Positions 52,722-64,000 of a stretch of DNA of 64,000 bases are shown here, in pieces. The position numbers and the translations under genes are program-made. Positions within the stretch are counted from its first letter, which is position 1. Every line of letters starts with the position of its first letter. The notes beneath the pieces were generated by a model, which did not search any database, had not been told where the DNA came from, and worked only from the letters and a program-made list of their open reading frames with translations. Source of the stretch: Octopus vulgaris. Lineage: Eukaryota. The stretch lies in NCBI GenBank assembly GCA_951406725.2, contig OX597814.1, positions 164,424,001 through 164,488,000 of the forward strand. The letters run 5' to 3'.

Positions 52722-53142
52722 GGGATCTTTTCGGTTTGAACGGTAGTTTTTATACACAATTTCTAGTTAACTAAACACTTTTAAACTTCGTATACTGGTA
52801 GAATGTGTTTATAAAACATCTTTTTCTCTTGGCTTTATTGAGAAAATTCTATGGTTTGTAAGATATTTGTTGTTTTTTTTTCTTCAATTTCTGCAATTTC
52901 AACCAATCAATGACGTCTATTGAGGTGAAAACATTCTGTGTCGTATGAATATGTCCCTCGTTTAAGAAACAGATTGAGTTTATTTACATTTGTGAAGAAA
53001 AAAAGATACCCTTCCCCCCACCCCCAACCCTAACCCTAAAACAGATTGAAATGCAATAGATCGATACTAGGGTCATAATTATGGGTGACACTTTCATATG
53101 ACTCCGCTAGAAAAAAACTGCCGTTCAAACCGAAAAGATCCC
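52722..53142 (-). mobile_element. Second, oppositely oriented copy of the GGGATC-TIR MITE, inside a family A SINE
   Basis: GGGATCTTTTCGGTTTGAACGG ... CCGTTCAAACCGAAAAGATCCC; TSD cagtcaa at 52715-52721 and 53143-53149. Confidence 0.9.
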
Positions 53143-55091
53143 CAGTCAAGTACTGGGGTTGTCCTTTCCCCGCAAAACTGTTGGTCTTGAGACTATACCA
53201 GGAACCACTGGCGGTAAGCTGACAGAATCGTTCCTTACCTTCTGAGTTCAAAGGCCCCCGAGGACGACTTTACCATTCATTCTTTCGGGGTCAAGTATTG
53301 GGGTCGACGTCATCGACTAGCCTCCTCTTGCAAAATTTACTGGCCTTCTCTCAAAATTTGAAAGCGTTATCATTATTTTATTTGACACTCGAAGCATAAG
53401 CTCGTGAATTTAATTGTTTTTTTCTTTCCACTAGAATCTCGCGTATATAATCCAAGCAATACCACATGAAAATACTTTGAAGCATTTGGTTAAAAAGATT
53501 TTATTAACCCGAAGTCCGCCTGTCCCTGACACCCGAAATAGACAAACAATGATTTTTTTTACAGACTATATTTGCTTACAATTTTTGATTACCGAGCAGC
53601 AATCAAAACTAATGTGAATGTGCACAAAAACAGACAATACAAAATCAAATTACACAATAGAACGAAATGAAAACAAACATAAAACAAAGCTGAAACTGGA
53701 TATTTAATAGATAATGTAATATCTAATATATTTTAAGGAAGAATTTTAACAGTAGCGCTAACAACTATCACAATAACGACAATACTACATAGCCATTAGC
53801 AGACGAAGCACGCAACATGTAGTAGTAATCGCAAGGTATTTAAAAAGGTTAGCTTTGCCTCAAACACTATTTTTAGAGACTTAACAAAATTCCCGGAAAA
53901 TTTCGGAGAAATTTGTTAATCGAAAGAGTGTCTCCTTGTTTCAGGTTCTAATGCAAAAGAAGGCTAGAGTATATATTTATATGTCAAACGTACATTAAAC
54001 TGTATCACAAAGCTTCATTTCGATTGAGAGAGAATTTGCCCCTACAGTTTAGTCGGTAATTAGACACATCCGCCACCCTTTTTAAAGTGCATAGAACACA
54101 CACACACACACACACACACAGGCATACACCAACTAATGTTTCGAGTTAGTCTTTTTCGATTTTACGTGTTTTTTTTTTAAAGAAATTAATTAAAAAAAAA
54201 TCTTAACTTCACTCAAATTATTCAACTTTATGTTCGGTCTCAGCGAACCTATTTAAAGGCCTAAAAATTAAAACAATTGAAACAAACACATCTAAAAAGT
54301 AAATACTGACGTGGAAAATTAAATAAAATACTCGCGAAAATACGTACAAACCATTTATTATAACAATTAAGCTTTTATAACGTTTTTAAAATGTTTTTTT
54401 CGTGTTAAGTCGTTTTTTCGAGTTAAGTTGCATGTCTTGGAACCAGTTACCGACGTAAGCTGCTGTGTACCTGTGTGTGTGTGTGTGTGTGTGTGATGAA
54501 AATTGCCAAAACACAGGCTGGAATAATTAAGTAAACCTCCGCCCATACACTCATGTTCTCGGTATACAGAGATGAGAAATATAAGGGTGACTTGCAAGGG
54601 ACATTGAAAAACGATGTGGATCCATGGCTGGTTGCCAGTTTTGTATCGTAGTATGGGGCGGGAGGTTAAAGCCGAGATGGCAGGAGACGACGTGTGGTCA
54701 AGGGTCGTCAAATGGATTTGCAAGCTCTGATGATCATCAAAGGCCACAAGGCCTCACCAGAGTTGTGTACCTAGTTGAAGGTGCCGAGACAAAAAGCATA
54801 GGACTGATGGTACAGGGCATAAGGCCGTATTGCTATAGATGTTGTGACAACCACTTGGGGCGTAAAGAACTGGAAAGACTAGGAAAGAAAACGAGAAAGG
54901 GAAACAGCGGAAACTACCTGAAGCAGAGACAAAAAAAGCAAACCCCAGTTTTCAGAGTGTGGATATTCCGGGGATGTAAACAGGACTGAGGTTTAGTTGG
55001 GGTTTCAATATAGGAGACACGCGAAGAACAGGTTGTTGATTAAAGAAAGAAAAAAAAAGTGACTTTACAACTAACTACAACAGTATTATCC

Positions 55092-55159
<68 letters not shown>

Positions 55160-56272
55160 AATCACAAGAGATGCGATTTCCTCTATTAGATATTAGCTTA
55201 ATCTTCGAAGGTGAGTGAATAGTAGCTGTAAACAATCAAAACGTGTTCGGAAGGTTCAACCTCTTCCAGAAAGGGATGATGCCCCTTCTTAAAATAATGA
55301 AGGGAATGAATTGAGATTCAGTCTTTCGAAGATCAATTTAATATCTGATCACATATCTGTGGTGCCATGGATATTCCGAGGATGTAAAAAGGACTGAGGT
55401 ACAGTTGGGGTTATAATATAAAGAGACACGCGAAAAACAGGTTGTTGATTAAAGAAAGAAAGAAAGAACGAAAAAAAAAAATAATGACTTTACAACAAAA
55501 TACAACAGTATTATCCGGAAGACAACAAATAATATCTAACCGAGCCAATTCCAAAAATATTAGGCTGCGCCTTTGGGTGCACTACACAGCGGTATCAACA
55601 ATGGCAGGCGGGTAGCGATGCAATGTACTCTTACGCGACCAAAACATTAGTCATTTCTTCTCTTCTTCGTGTCTGAGAGCCCAAAAATTATTTGCATGCT
55701 ATATCTCCTTTTAGTTCTATCGCGTTTTAATTAATGTGATTTTTTACATTTGTTTCCGTGCAATTAATTATTTAGCAAATTTTCTTAATTCCGCCCCGGC
55801 CTCCTCTAAATTGTATAACATCTTCCATCTCTCCTTTCATTTTTTACATTAGCTGTCTTAGTCTTCTTACTCCTCACATCTTTTGTCAGTTCCCTCTTTG
55901 CCGATGATCACATTTTCATATCTCTTTGAGCCCTTGAGACTAATAAATACATCATCATCATCATCATCATCATCATGGTTATTATTATCAACTTACCCCT
56001 CCCAAAAATTCCTGGCCTTGTGCTTATAGTAGAAAGGATTATTATTATAGTTATTTATTACACGCAAAACCCTCACAACACACACATACACACACATTCT
56101 TTGTTTTGTTTTGTACTGTCCATAATGTTTTTTTTATGTAAACGCTTGTGGCTTATAAAGAAATCATTATTATTAATTATTATTACTAGTGCTACTTCTA
56201 CTACTAGTAACTACTATCTAGTAATATTCGTTTTGACAGTTATTAACGGTTATAATAACATTGCTAACTTAC

Positions 56273-56305
56273 TGCAGGTTTCGCGTCGTCTGGTTTATTC
56301 GCCAT
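56273..56305 (-). CDS. Candidate first coding exon (MANKPDDAKPA), possibly of the ninjurin gene
   Basis: Minus strand reads ATG GCG AAT AAA CCA GAC GAC GCG AAA CCT GCA|GTAAGT: consensus donor, phase 0 (compatible with both ninjurin exons), in unique CpG-rich sequence. The link to ninjurin is inference. Confidence 0.5.
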
Positions 56306-56830
56306 ATCTGCGGGGATCGAGAAGAGGCTTGGAAGGTAAAAAAAAACGTCTCTCTTCGACTTCTATGATGGTCCGACTGTGAAATAAACGAGGCAGCAGA
56401 GCAGACAGACACACACACATAAGCACTCACCCTCTTCCCCCTCACTCTCCTTCAGTATGTGTGATAGAAACATCAGTTGAAGTCGTCGCCCACCTCCCTT
56501 CGCTATCTCACTTAACTGCATCAACCAATAACATTTACAAATGTAGCCGACGCCAAGCTCCATCACCACCGCAACCACCACCGTCACCATGGGAGCGAGT
56601 GAGTGAGTGAATGCGTTATTGCCACCGTCACCGCCACCGCCACCGCTACTGCCACCAAACTAGTTAAGAGGGCACCACCACCAGCACCACCAGCACCACC
56701 ACCACCACCAGCACCACGACGACGACGACTACGAAAAATGCCTTATTTACATTGAATACTACTACAACGACTACGAGCTAACGAGGGAGCCGATAGGTGG
56801 TCGCTCCAGGCGGTCGCTTGACCTGAAAGA
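56306..56830 (-). promoter_or_regulatory. Putative 5' UTR/promoter region upstream of the candidate first exon
   Basis: Largely non-TE, CpG-rich, GC-richer stretch with (CCA/CCG)n tracts directly 5' of the ATG at 56305. Confidence 0.35.
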
Positions 56831-57284
56831 AATAGCAGCCAAGATAACTCGCAGATCAAACACTATCGTCTTAAATGGGAAGCGGGGGTGGGGGTTTTGA
56901 TGCGGGTGGGAGACATTTTGGAAAATGTGGGATTCAGTTCCTTGTGAGTAAAGGAAAGTTCGAGATCATCCCTGTTGGAATGTTTTTGATCATAGCTCTC
57001 CCATGCACTGTTAGGATTGACTTGGGAGTTAAATAGTAACAGACTATCATGGTCGCCAGTAACATCTTCAATTACTACAATCGCAAACACTCAAAAATCC
57101 TCGTTTCACTGTCACCACATGCATCACCTACGCATGTACACCACCACCACAAAAAAACCACCACTGGCATTCACTGCAGCCACCACAATAAGCTGCCAAA
57201 CCACCACCGCCACATTCACTGCTACCAAACACAGAGCTGGACAAACAAACTGCTACTACCACCGATATAAATCGACCGCCACTA

Positions 57285-58640
57285 CCTATTTCTTTATTAC
57301 CCCGAAGGATGAAAGGCTAAACACAGAGGGGACAAACAAGGACAGACGATAGGTATTAAGTCGATTATATCGACCCGGCGTGTGTAACTGGTACTTAATT
57401 TATCGACCCCGAAAGGATGAAAGGCAATAGTCGACCATCGCCACTACCACTACAGATGAACCCGCCCCGTTCCACCACCACCACCACCACCACCACCACC
57501 ACCGTTACTGCTGCCGTTACGTTATTGATGTCACCGTGAAATTTAACCAAAGCCGCGAACGGGCAGAGTCCTTAGAGCGTCGGCAGAATCATTTGAGCTT
57601 AGTGACATTTCTTCCAGCTCTTTCGTCCTTACCGGCAGTTGATGAAATAAGAACCAGTTAAGTACTGGGATCGATGGAATCGACAAAATCCCCTAATCCT
57701 TGTCCCCTAAAATTGCTGACCCTGTGCCAAAATTTGAAACAGTTATGAAACCCAGCCACCTTCCACCTCCATCGTTACCAGTTATAAGCACTGTTATAAT
57801 CACTTATAAAAACAGCCCTCTTTTCTACAATAGGCACAAAGCCTGAAATTTGGGGGGAGGGGAGCTTGTCGATAATATCGACCCCAGTGGTACTTATTTC
57901 ATCGACCTTAAAAGGATGAAAGGCAAAATCGACCACGGCGGAATTTGAACCCTGACGAAATATCACTAACCATTTCGCTCGGCGTGCTAATGATTCTTTT
58001 CAGGCACAAGGCCTGAAATTTTTGGGAAGGGCGTCAGTCGACGAGATCGACCCAGTATGCAATTGGTACTTAATTTATCGACCCCGAAAGGATGAAAGGC
58101 AAAGTCGACCTCGGCGGAATTTGAAGTCAGAACGTCGCGGCAGACGAAATATATATTTCTTTACTACTCACAAGGGGCTAAACATAGAGGGGACAAACAA
58201 GGACAGACAAACGGATTAAGTCGATTACATCGACCCCAGTGCGTAGCTGGTACTTAATTTATCGATCCCGAAAGGATGAAAGGCAAAGTTGACCTCGGCG
58301 GAATTTGAACTCAGAACGTAACGGCAGACGAAATATGGCTACGCATTTCGCCCGGCGTGCTAACGTTTCTGCCAGCTCGCAAACCTATGATCACTTATAA
58401 TAATAATAATAATATTAAACTAATAGTCCTTTTTACTATAGGCACAAGGCCTGAAATTTTAGTGGAGGTGGCTAGTCGACTACATCGACCTCAGTGCTTG
58501 ACTGGTACTTATTTAGTCGATCCCGAAAGGATAAAAGACGAAGTCGACCTTGGCCGAATTTGAACCACAGATCGTAAAGACGGGCGAAATACCACTATTT
58601 CACTCGGCGTGATAACGATTCTGCCAGCTCGTCGCCCATG
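57285..58640 (-). mobile_element. Dense cluster of family A SINE copies
   Basis: At least five gaaaggatgaaaggcaaagtcgac-type motifs. Confidence 0.85.
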
Positions 58641-58877
58641 TACTTATAATAATAAATGGAATAGTTGTATACAGTGATTTTGGGCACGCTGATACCTGCT
58701 AGAAGCAGTAGTGAAATCGTCCTCAAATCATCATCTTGTACGAGGAAGGATACATTAGATCAGTGGTCCTCGACTATTTTTTGCTTAAGGACCCTTTTGA
58801 TTCCTATTTTACACGACTGGACCTATATAATCATTCGATGTGTATATAAAATAACAACTTTCTACTGTACTTTTATA

Positions 58878-60213
58878 ATCGCATTCTCTTCCGCTTCTTG
58901 TGGAAAGGAAGCGTTCCGATGGTCAGGCGATCCATTTGCTGTCAACACCCGTTAAAAGGAGGGCTGGGCATGCCGTGGTTGATGATGCGCAGACACGCAC
59001 TGAGACATCTCCGGCTCTACGTAGACGACGGTGAACAGGTGTGGTCGCCGTTTGTGAGGCACGCTTTCCCCGCAGCTCGTCTCCATGACCGACCTGCAGT
59101 CGTGGATCAAAAAGAGGCCGAGGAAGGGCGAATGGCACCGCGAGTGTCGCGTTGCTCTCAAGCAACTATGCTGTCCCGAGTCGACCTTGAGCGACATTAA
59201 CACAACCAAAGCATTCTATAGGGGATTAGTGGAGGGGAGGTACGACGACGATCTCGGGGGGAAACCTGGGCGTCGACGGGGAATACCTGACCCGCCTGTT
59301 CAAGATGACTTTCGGGCCGGGACCTATGGACAACTTCCAGAGATCCCTAACCTGACAGTGCTATCGAGAAGCGCTACCCGTTCGAGACAAGCTCTACAGA
59401 CATGGCTCGAGAAACACGGGGCCGACCTGTCCGAGATGCGGTCAAAGCGACGAAACCGTCCTGTACGCACTCGCACAGTGTCCAACCATTTCCGACTTGT
59501 GGGCCTATGTCGAACGACTGCTATCGTGTGTGGGACGAGTCGGTTTATCAACCGAGTCTATCGTGAATATTGTCGCGCCTCCTTCCTTGAAACGGGAAGG
59601 AAGAGCTATTTTCATCGTACTTGTGGCTATGGCGAAAGAATGTGTGTGGTGGACGCGTCTGAAAGGTTTAGAGACAAACACTTTCCTCTCTGGTTAATCT
59701 CTCATCAACTTCTTCAAGTATCACTTGAAGAGGAAGGTGAGAGTAGAGAGGGAAGTTTTGTCTAGTGAATGATTAAAAAAAAGATGGGTGAATGTAGCAA
59801 GGATGGCACGTGTGAATGACGGAGCCAGCTTGAGCATAATCCTATGAATCAAAAGAAAGGAAAAAAAGGAAAACGAAAAGAAAAAAGAGACCCACTTACT
59901 GAAATGTGTTTTCTTTTTGCATGACACTATTGCCCAAGGTTCCCGTGGTCTTTTCCGTAGGCTTTTCTATCCATGGGGAAACCTAATCTGTTTTCCCTTT
60001 TTACATTGACATTTCTGTGATACACGATCCCTATTGATCGCCCCCACTTTTTTTCCCCGATCCCTTTTGATCGGAATCCCTTGCTTTTTTTTCACGATCC
60101 CTTTTGATCAGAATTCGCCCCCTCTTTTTACCCCCTTCTCTTATTCCCCAAAAGAAAAGCTATACTTTGTATTTTCTCCCTTCTGTGTCTAGCCCTGCGT
60201 GACCAATAAAGAA
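58878..60213 (+). mobile_element. Tx1/L1-like LINE, 5'-truncated (ORF2 C-terminus, 3' UTR, AATAAA)
   Basis: FRFLWKG...GGLGMP...LPVRDKL...CPRCGQSDETVLYALAQC...LWAYV across frameshifts (zf-RVT-like). Stop ~59847, AATAAA at 60205-60210, then (TATC)n. Confidence 0.85.
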
Positions 60214-60291
<78 letters not shown>

Positions 60292-60298
60292 TTAATCG

Positions 60299-60376
<78 letters not shown>
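60213..60376. repeat. (TATC)n microsatellite
   Basis: Directly visible. Confidence 0.95.
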
Positions 60377-60553
60377 TCAGTGGATCTGATATTGGTATGT
60401 CTACAATCTGACTTGATTAGTTAAACGCAACTACAAAAGAGGCCAACACGGGCGTAGCTTGTATGTGGTTACATACAAGCTACGCCTCTTTTGTAGTTGC
60501 GTTTAACTAATCAAGTCAGATTGTAGACATACCAATATCAGATCCACTGAATA
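60374..60553. repeat. Near-perfect fold-back repeat after (TATC)n
   Basis: tattcagtggatctgatattgg...caaaagaggc(caacacgg)gcgtagcttgtatgt-ggtt-acatacaagctacgcctctttt...gatccactgaata. Confidence 0.9.
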
Positions 60554-62635
60554 ATCACTTGATCAGGAGGTACGATAGATGTAAATAAAAGTCACCACAA
60601 CGGTGACTCACAAAAGCGAACGAAAGGCCTTCACAAAGTTGTTATATATGCTAGAAATAGTAACGAAACTTCTCTTACTGTTTGACCATGGTGTGACATT
60701 TTTTGAAAGAATGGGACAAAATGGGCAAAGTGGCTTAAACACTTTGGGTCAGAAATCTGCTCAATAAGGAGTGGCCTAGAGCTAAACAACAACAACAACA
60801 ACAAAAACAACAACAACAACAACAATAACGACAGCAATAACAAAAAGAGCTCTTTATTGTTGCCAGACCTCTTAGATAAAGTAGTGAAATCTCTCAAATC
60901 ACATCACACTGTTTTTTTTAAAAATTTTTGAAGGGCAATGTAGTCTTACATATATAAAAAGGAGGAATAGACACCCCTGGATCAGAACTGAGCTGTGGCT
61001 AAAAAACAGCAACAGCAATAACATCATCCAGAACTATACAAATGTAACGTATGCTAGGAATCAGAAAGGTAAAACCATACTGTTCACCAACGTCACCACA
61101 AATTTGGTTTTTCAGTATTATGATTGTTTAGCCTCAAGTTAATCCCAATCGAGCAATCCTACAATAAAAAACACGCTAGCCTTGATTATTCCTGTCTTTT
61201 GGTGAGTATGTAGGAATACATGGTCTAAAGTAGCGTTTAGCTAACCTTTGTTAGTCCAGCATTTCCTTGATGACAAGTCGAATCGGCAACTACACCTTAA
61301 ATCTTTCGTATTTATTTCGGTGTTATTAAATGATGTGTTTAAATTTGAAGGTTGAGAAAATTTAGAACTAAAAAATGGTGGATCTTGTCATTCGACGATG
61401 AGAATTAAGGAGTTTGATTCTAATTACCTGCTCCTGAATTAACATGAGCATCCCACAAAATGCGTACCCTTAATGTAATTATTCTCAGAATCAGCGTTAT
61501 ACTGTGTGTGTAACAAGGCTGTATTTTTTTTAATTATAAGTACAATCTACTCGACAGGATTCTTTACAGTTTCCACCTAATTTCATTTACAACACACCAA
61601 TCGACCCGAAGGTAGATAAAATGACATTTTTCCAAAATGCCAGTCAAGTACGAACGAATACAGGAGTACGTGGCTGCGAAGCGAATATCGTAACTCATAC
61701 TGCCCCAGCAGAATGACGCTAAATTGACAAAACAGGAACATTGTTTTTATATCATTCCAGCAGAGGAACTAAAACATGCAGCATCGTGAAGTTGTGTGCG
61801 TAAAATCTCTTTAGTTTTGTTCTACAATGAACTTGGGGAATATAACAAATGTCCTCAGCAAATCTATGCTGTTTAACCAAAGACTTTCTATGATAACATC
61901 GTCGCACAAGACCTGAAATGTATAAATTTTGGTGGTAGCGGTTCCTCTGCGTGTTCGCAGTCCAATAACTACAAATCGTAAAAGAATACAAATATATTCT
62001 CAAATATTGCACGAAAGATATGTGATTCTCTTCCTTTTAATAAATAAAATTGTTTTTACCTAACTCGGACACTTAAACGTGCCCGTTGCTTTTACCACTC
62101 GACAAAAACTACTGCTTTATTTTCATTATTGTCCAAGAATTTGAACTAGCAGCTAATACTGGAATTATGTTAATTGTTTTCACTCAGATTCTGAATGTCC
62201 CTAAAGGGAATTTTTGTCTCCTAACTGCAAGAATAATCTGTCTGAGAAAGATTTTGCACCTCACTATATTTACATATGTAAGACTACACTGTATTTTTAT
62301 TTAACATTCAGAACGTCCCTTGGGGTTATTATTGTTGATAATGAAATTTTACAGTTCTCCATCGTGAAGGCCGTTTACAACGCCCTCAATATCATTATAA
62401 CAATTCTGTGTAACATCAAAATGTGACAAATCACTTTAGTGAGTAGAGAGGTCACATGAGCAGGATTTATAATCTTCCGCCTTCAGGTTATTATAGACAA
62501 GCCGATTATGATACAAATTCAGTGAAATAATCTTGACTGTAATGTTCAGTTATGTGAGTATATAGACAATTGTGTGTGTGTACGCACGCGAGCTCGCATA
62601 TGCTTATCAGGGAAGAAATTAATGCATAGATAATA

Positions 62636-62685
<50 letters not shown>

Positions 62686-63562
62686 GGGGGAAATTAATGA
62701 GTAGGTGTATAGCTGTGTGGGATATAATAAATTTCTACATGTTTGTTTCGCCTCAGATCAGCTCTGACTGAGCAGACCTATGACCAAAGACCAGATTGTG
62801 ACAATACCCATCCTTTTGTATATCAAGATTTACATGGTTAAATAGGTCCTTCTTTTAGAAAGTATATAGAATTTGACTACAATTTCTAGCAAGTCATACG
62901 ACTGCGTTATAAATTCCTTCATTTACTTGTGGTTCCATCATTGGTTGATCGTGTCAGTTAAAACTTCTCACCAGTATTGTCTTCATATTCTCGTATAGAA
63001 TAATGCTTTGTTTTGACCCAGTTCTCTCTCTCACCTTTCTTGACTATTATTGTCATTAACGCAAATAATTTTTCTTCTCAATACGAATATAATTTCAGTG
63101 GATCATATACATACAAAATATGAATATATGAATATTTTAGCCCTTTCGTGGCCAGGTTTCTAATAAAATATATTGTATATAAGTTACAATAATTTCTAAA
63201 AAATAATCTGGAATTTGAAGGTATTTAATAAAATATCTATCTTTAAAGACGGTGATTTAAAACAGCAAAATATTCTTCCAAAACACCATAATAGAAAGTT
63301 TAAGTTTAATCGTGAAATATTTTGAAGAATTAGGAATTTTTCCCCTAGCAAACAAAAGCATACATCAGTTTTAATTTTTGATTATTTTTGATGGGGTATC
63401 ATCGTCTCTGATATGTTTGATAATATCATTGGCTCTTAATAATTAATTCCTCGAAGAACTTGAGAGGGTGAAAGAAAGTGAGAGTTAGCCTGAGCAGGAT
63501 TTGGACGTAGAACGCAAAAGGACAAAAATCAAATTACACAGACACACAGACACACACGTGTG

Positions 63563-63611
<49 letters not shown>

Positions 63612-64000
63612 ATGAGGGTGTCTAAAAGACACCAACATGCCGAAATAGCAGTCGAAACTCTGACTATAAAACCACGTTAAATGTTCATATCGCACCATGA
63701 GGTAATGCGGAGGGACAAAACATACAAGCAAAAATTATTGAATAATTCAAGATCCAAGGATTTCTGGTTCTGCTTTAGATAAGCTTTACCGTCATCAATT
63801 GAATATATCAAGGGTACATAAATACAGATATATATATGCACAGCAAACGATATACTTACATATACGAGCGTCGTACATACATACATATGCACGTATGGAC
63901 ACAGCCAGTTTGAATCGCCCGCCAAATCATCGCATAAGTACGATATGGTTAAAATAAGCACCGCAGTGAATATAATAACGAATTATATAAATTTATATAT

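Noticed and set aside
59085-59765. 226-aa ORF as a cellular gene
   Set aside because: A frameshifted piece of the Tx1/L1-like ORF2; its second half is out of frame.

Overview
AT-rich, repeat-dense animal genomic DNA with microsatellites, SINEs and LINE remnants. The repeat repertoire suggests an octopus (coleoid cephalopod); this is inferred from recalled repeat families, not from a search. The only convincing cellular coding sequences are two paralogous ninjurin-domain terminal exons on the minus strand (6394-6789 and 24334-24690). Both begin after an AG acceptor in phase 0, and a good candidate first coding exon (MANKPDDAKPA|GTAAGT) sits at 56273-56305. The rest is mobile DNA: several tRNA-derived SINE families, CR1-, RTE-, R4/Dong- and Tx1/L1-like LINE remnants, Penelope-like remnants, piggyBac and Chapaev-like transposase relics, MITEs and a Helitron. 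Most notable: (i) many short fold-back (inverted-repeat) insertions, several carrying minimal hammerhead-ribozyme-like motifs with non-canonical cores, including a structurally intact U3:A8 variant at 27350-27387 mirrored on the other strand; (ii) a possible single ninjurin locus with alternative terminal exons; (iii) an abrupt switch from CpG-depleted to CpG-rich DNA near 30.7 kb. Repeat boundaries are read by eye and approximate. Most short ORFs in the track are microsatellite or SINE artefacts.
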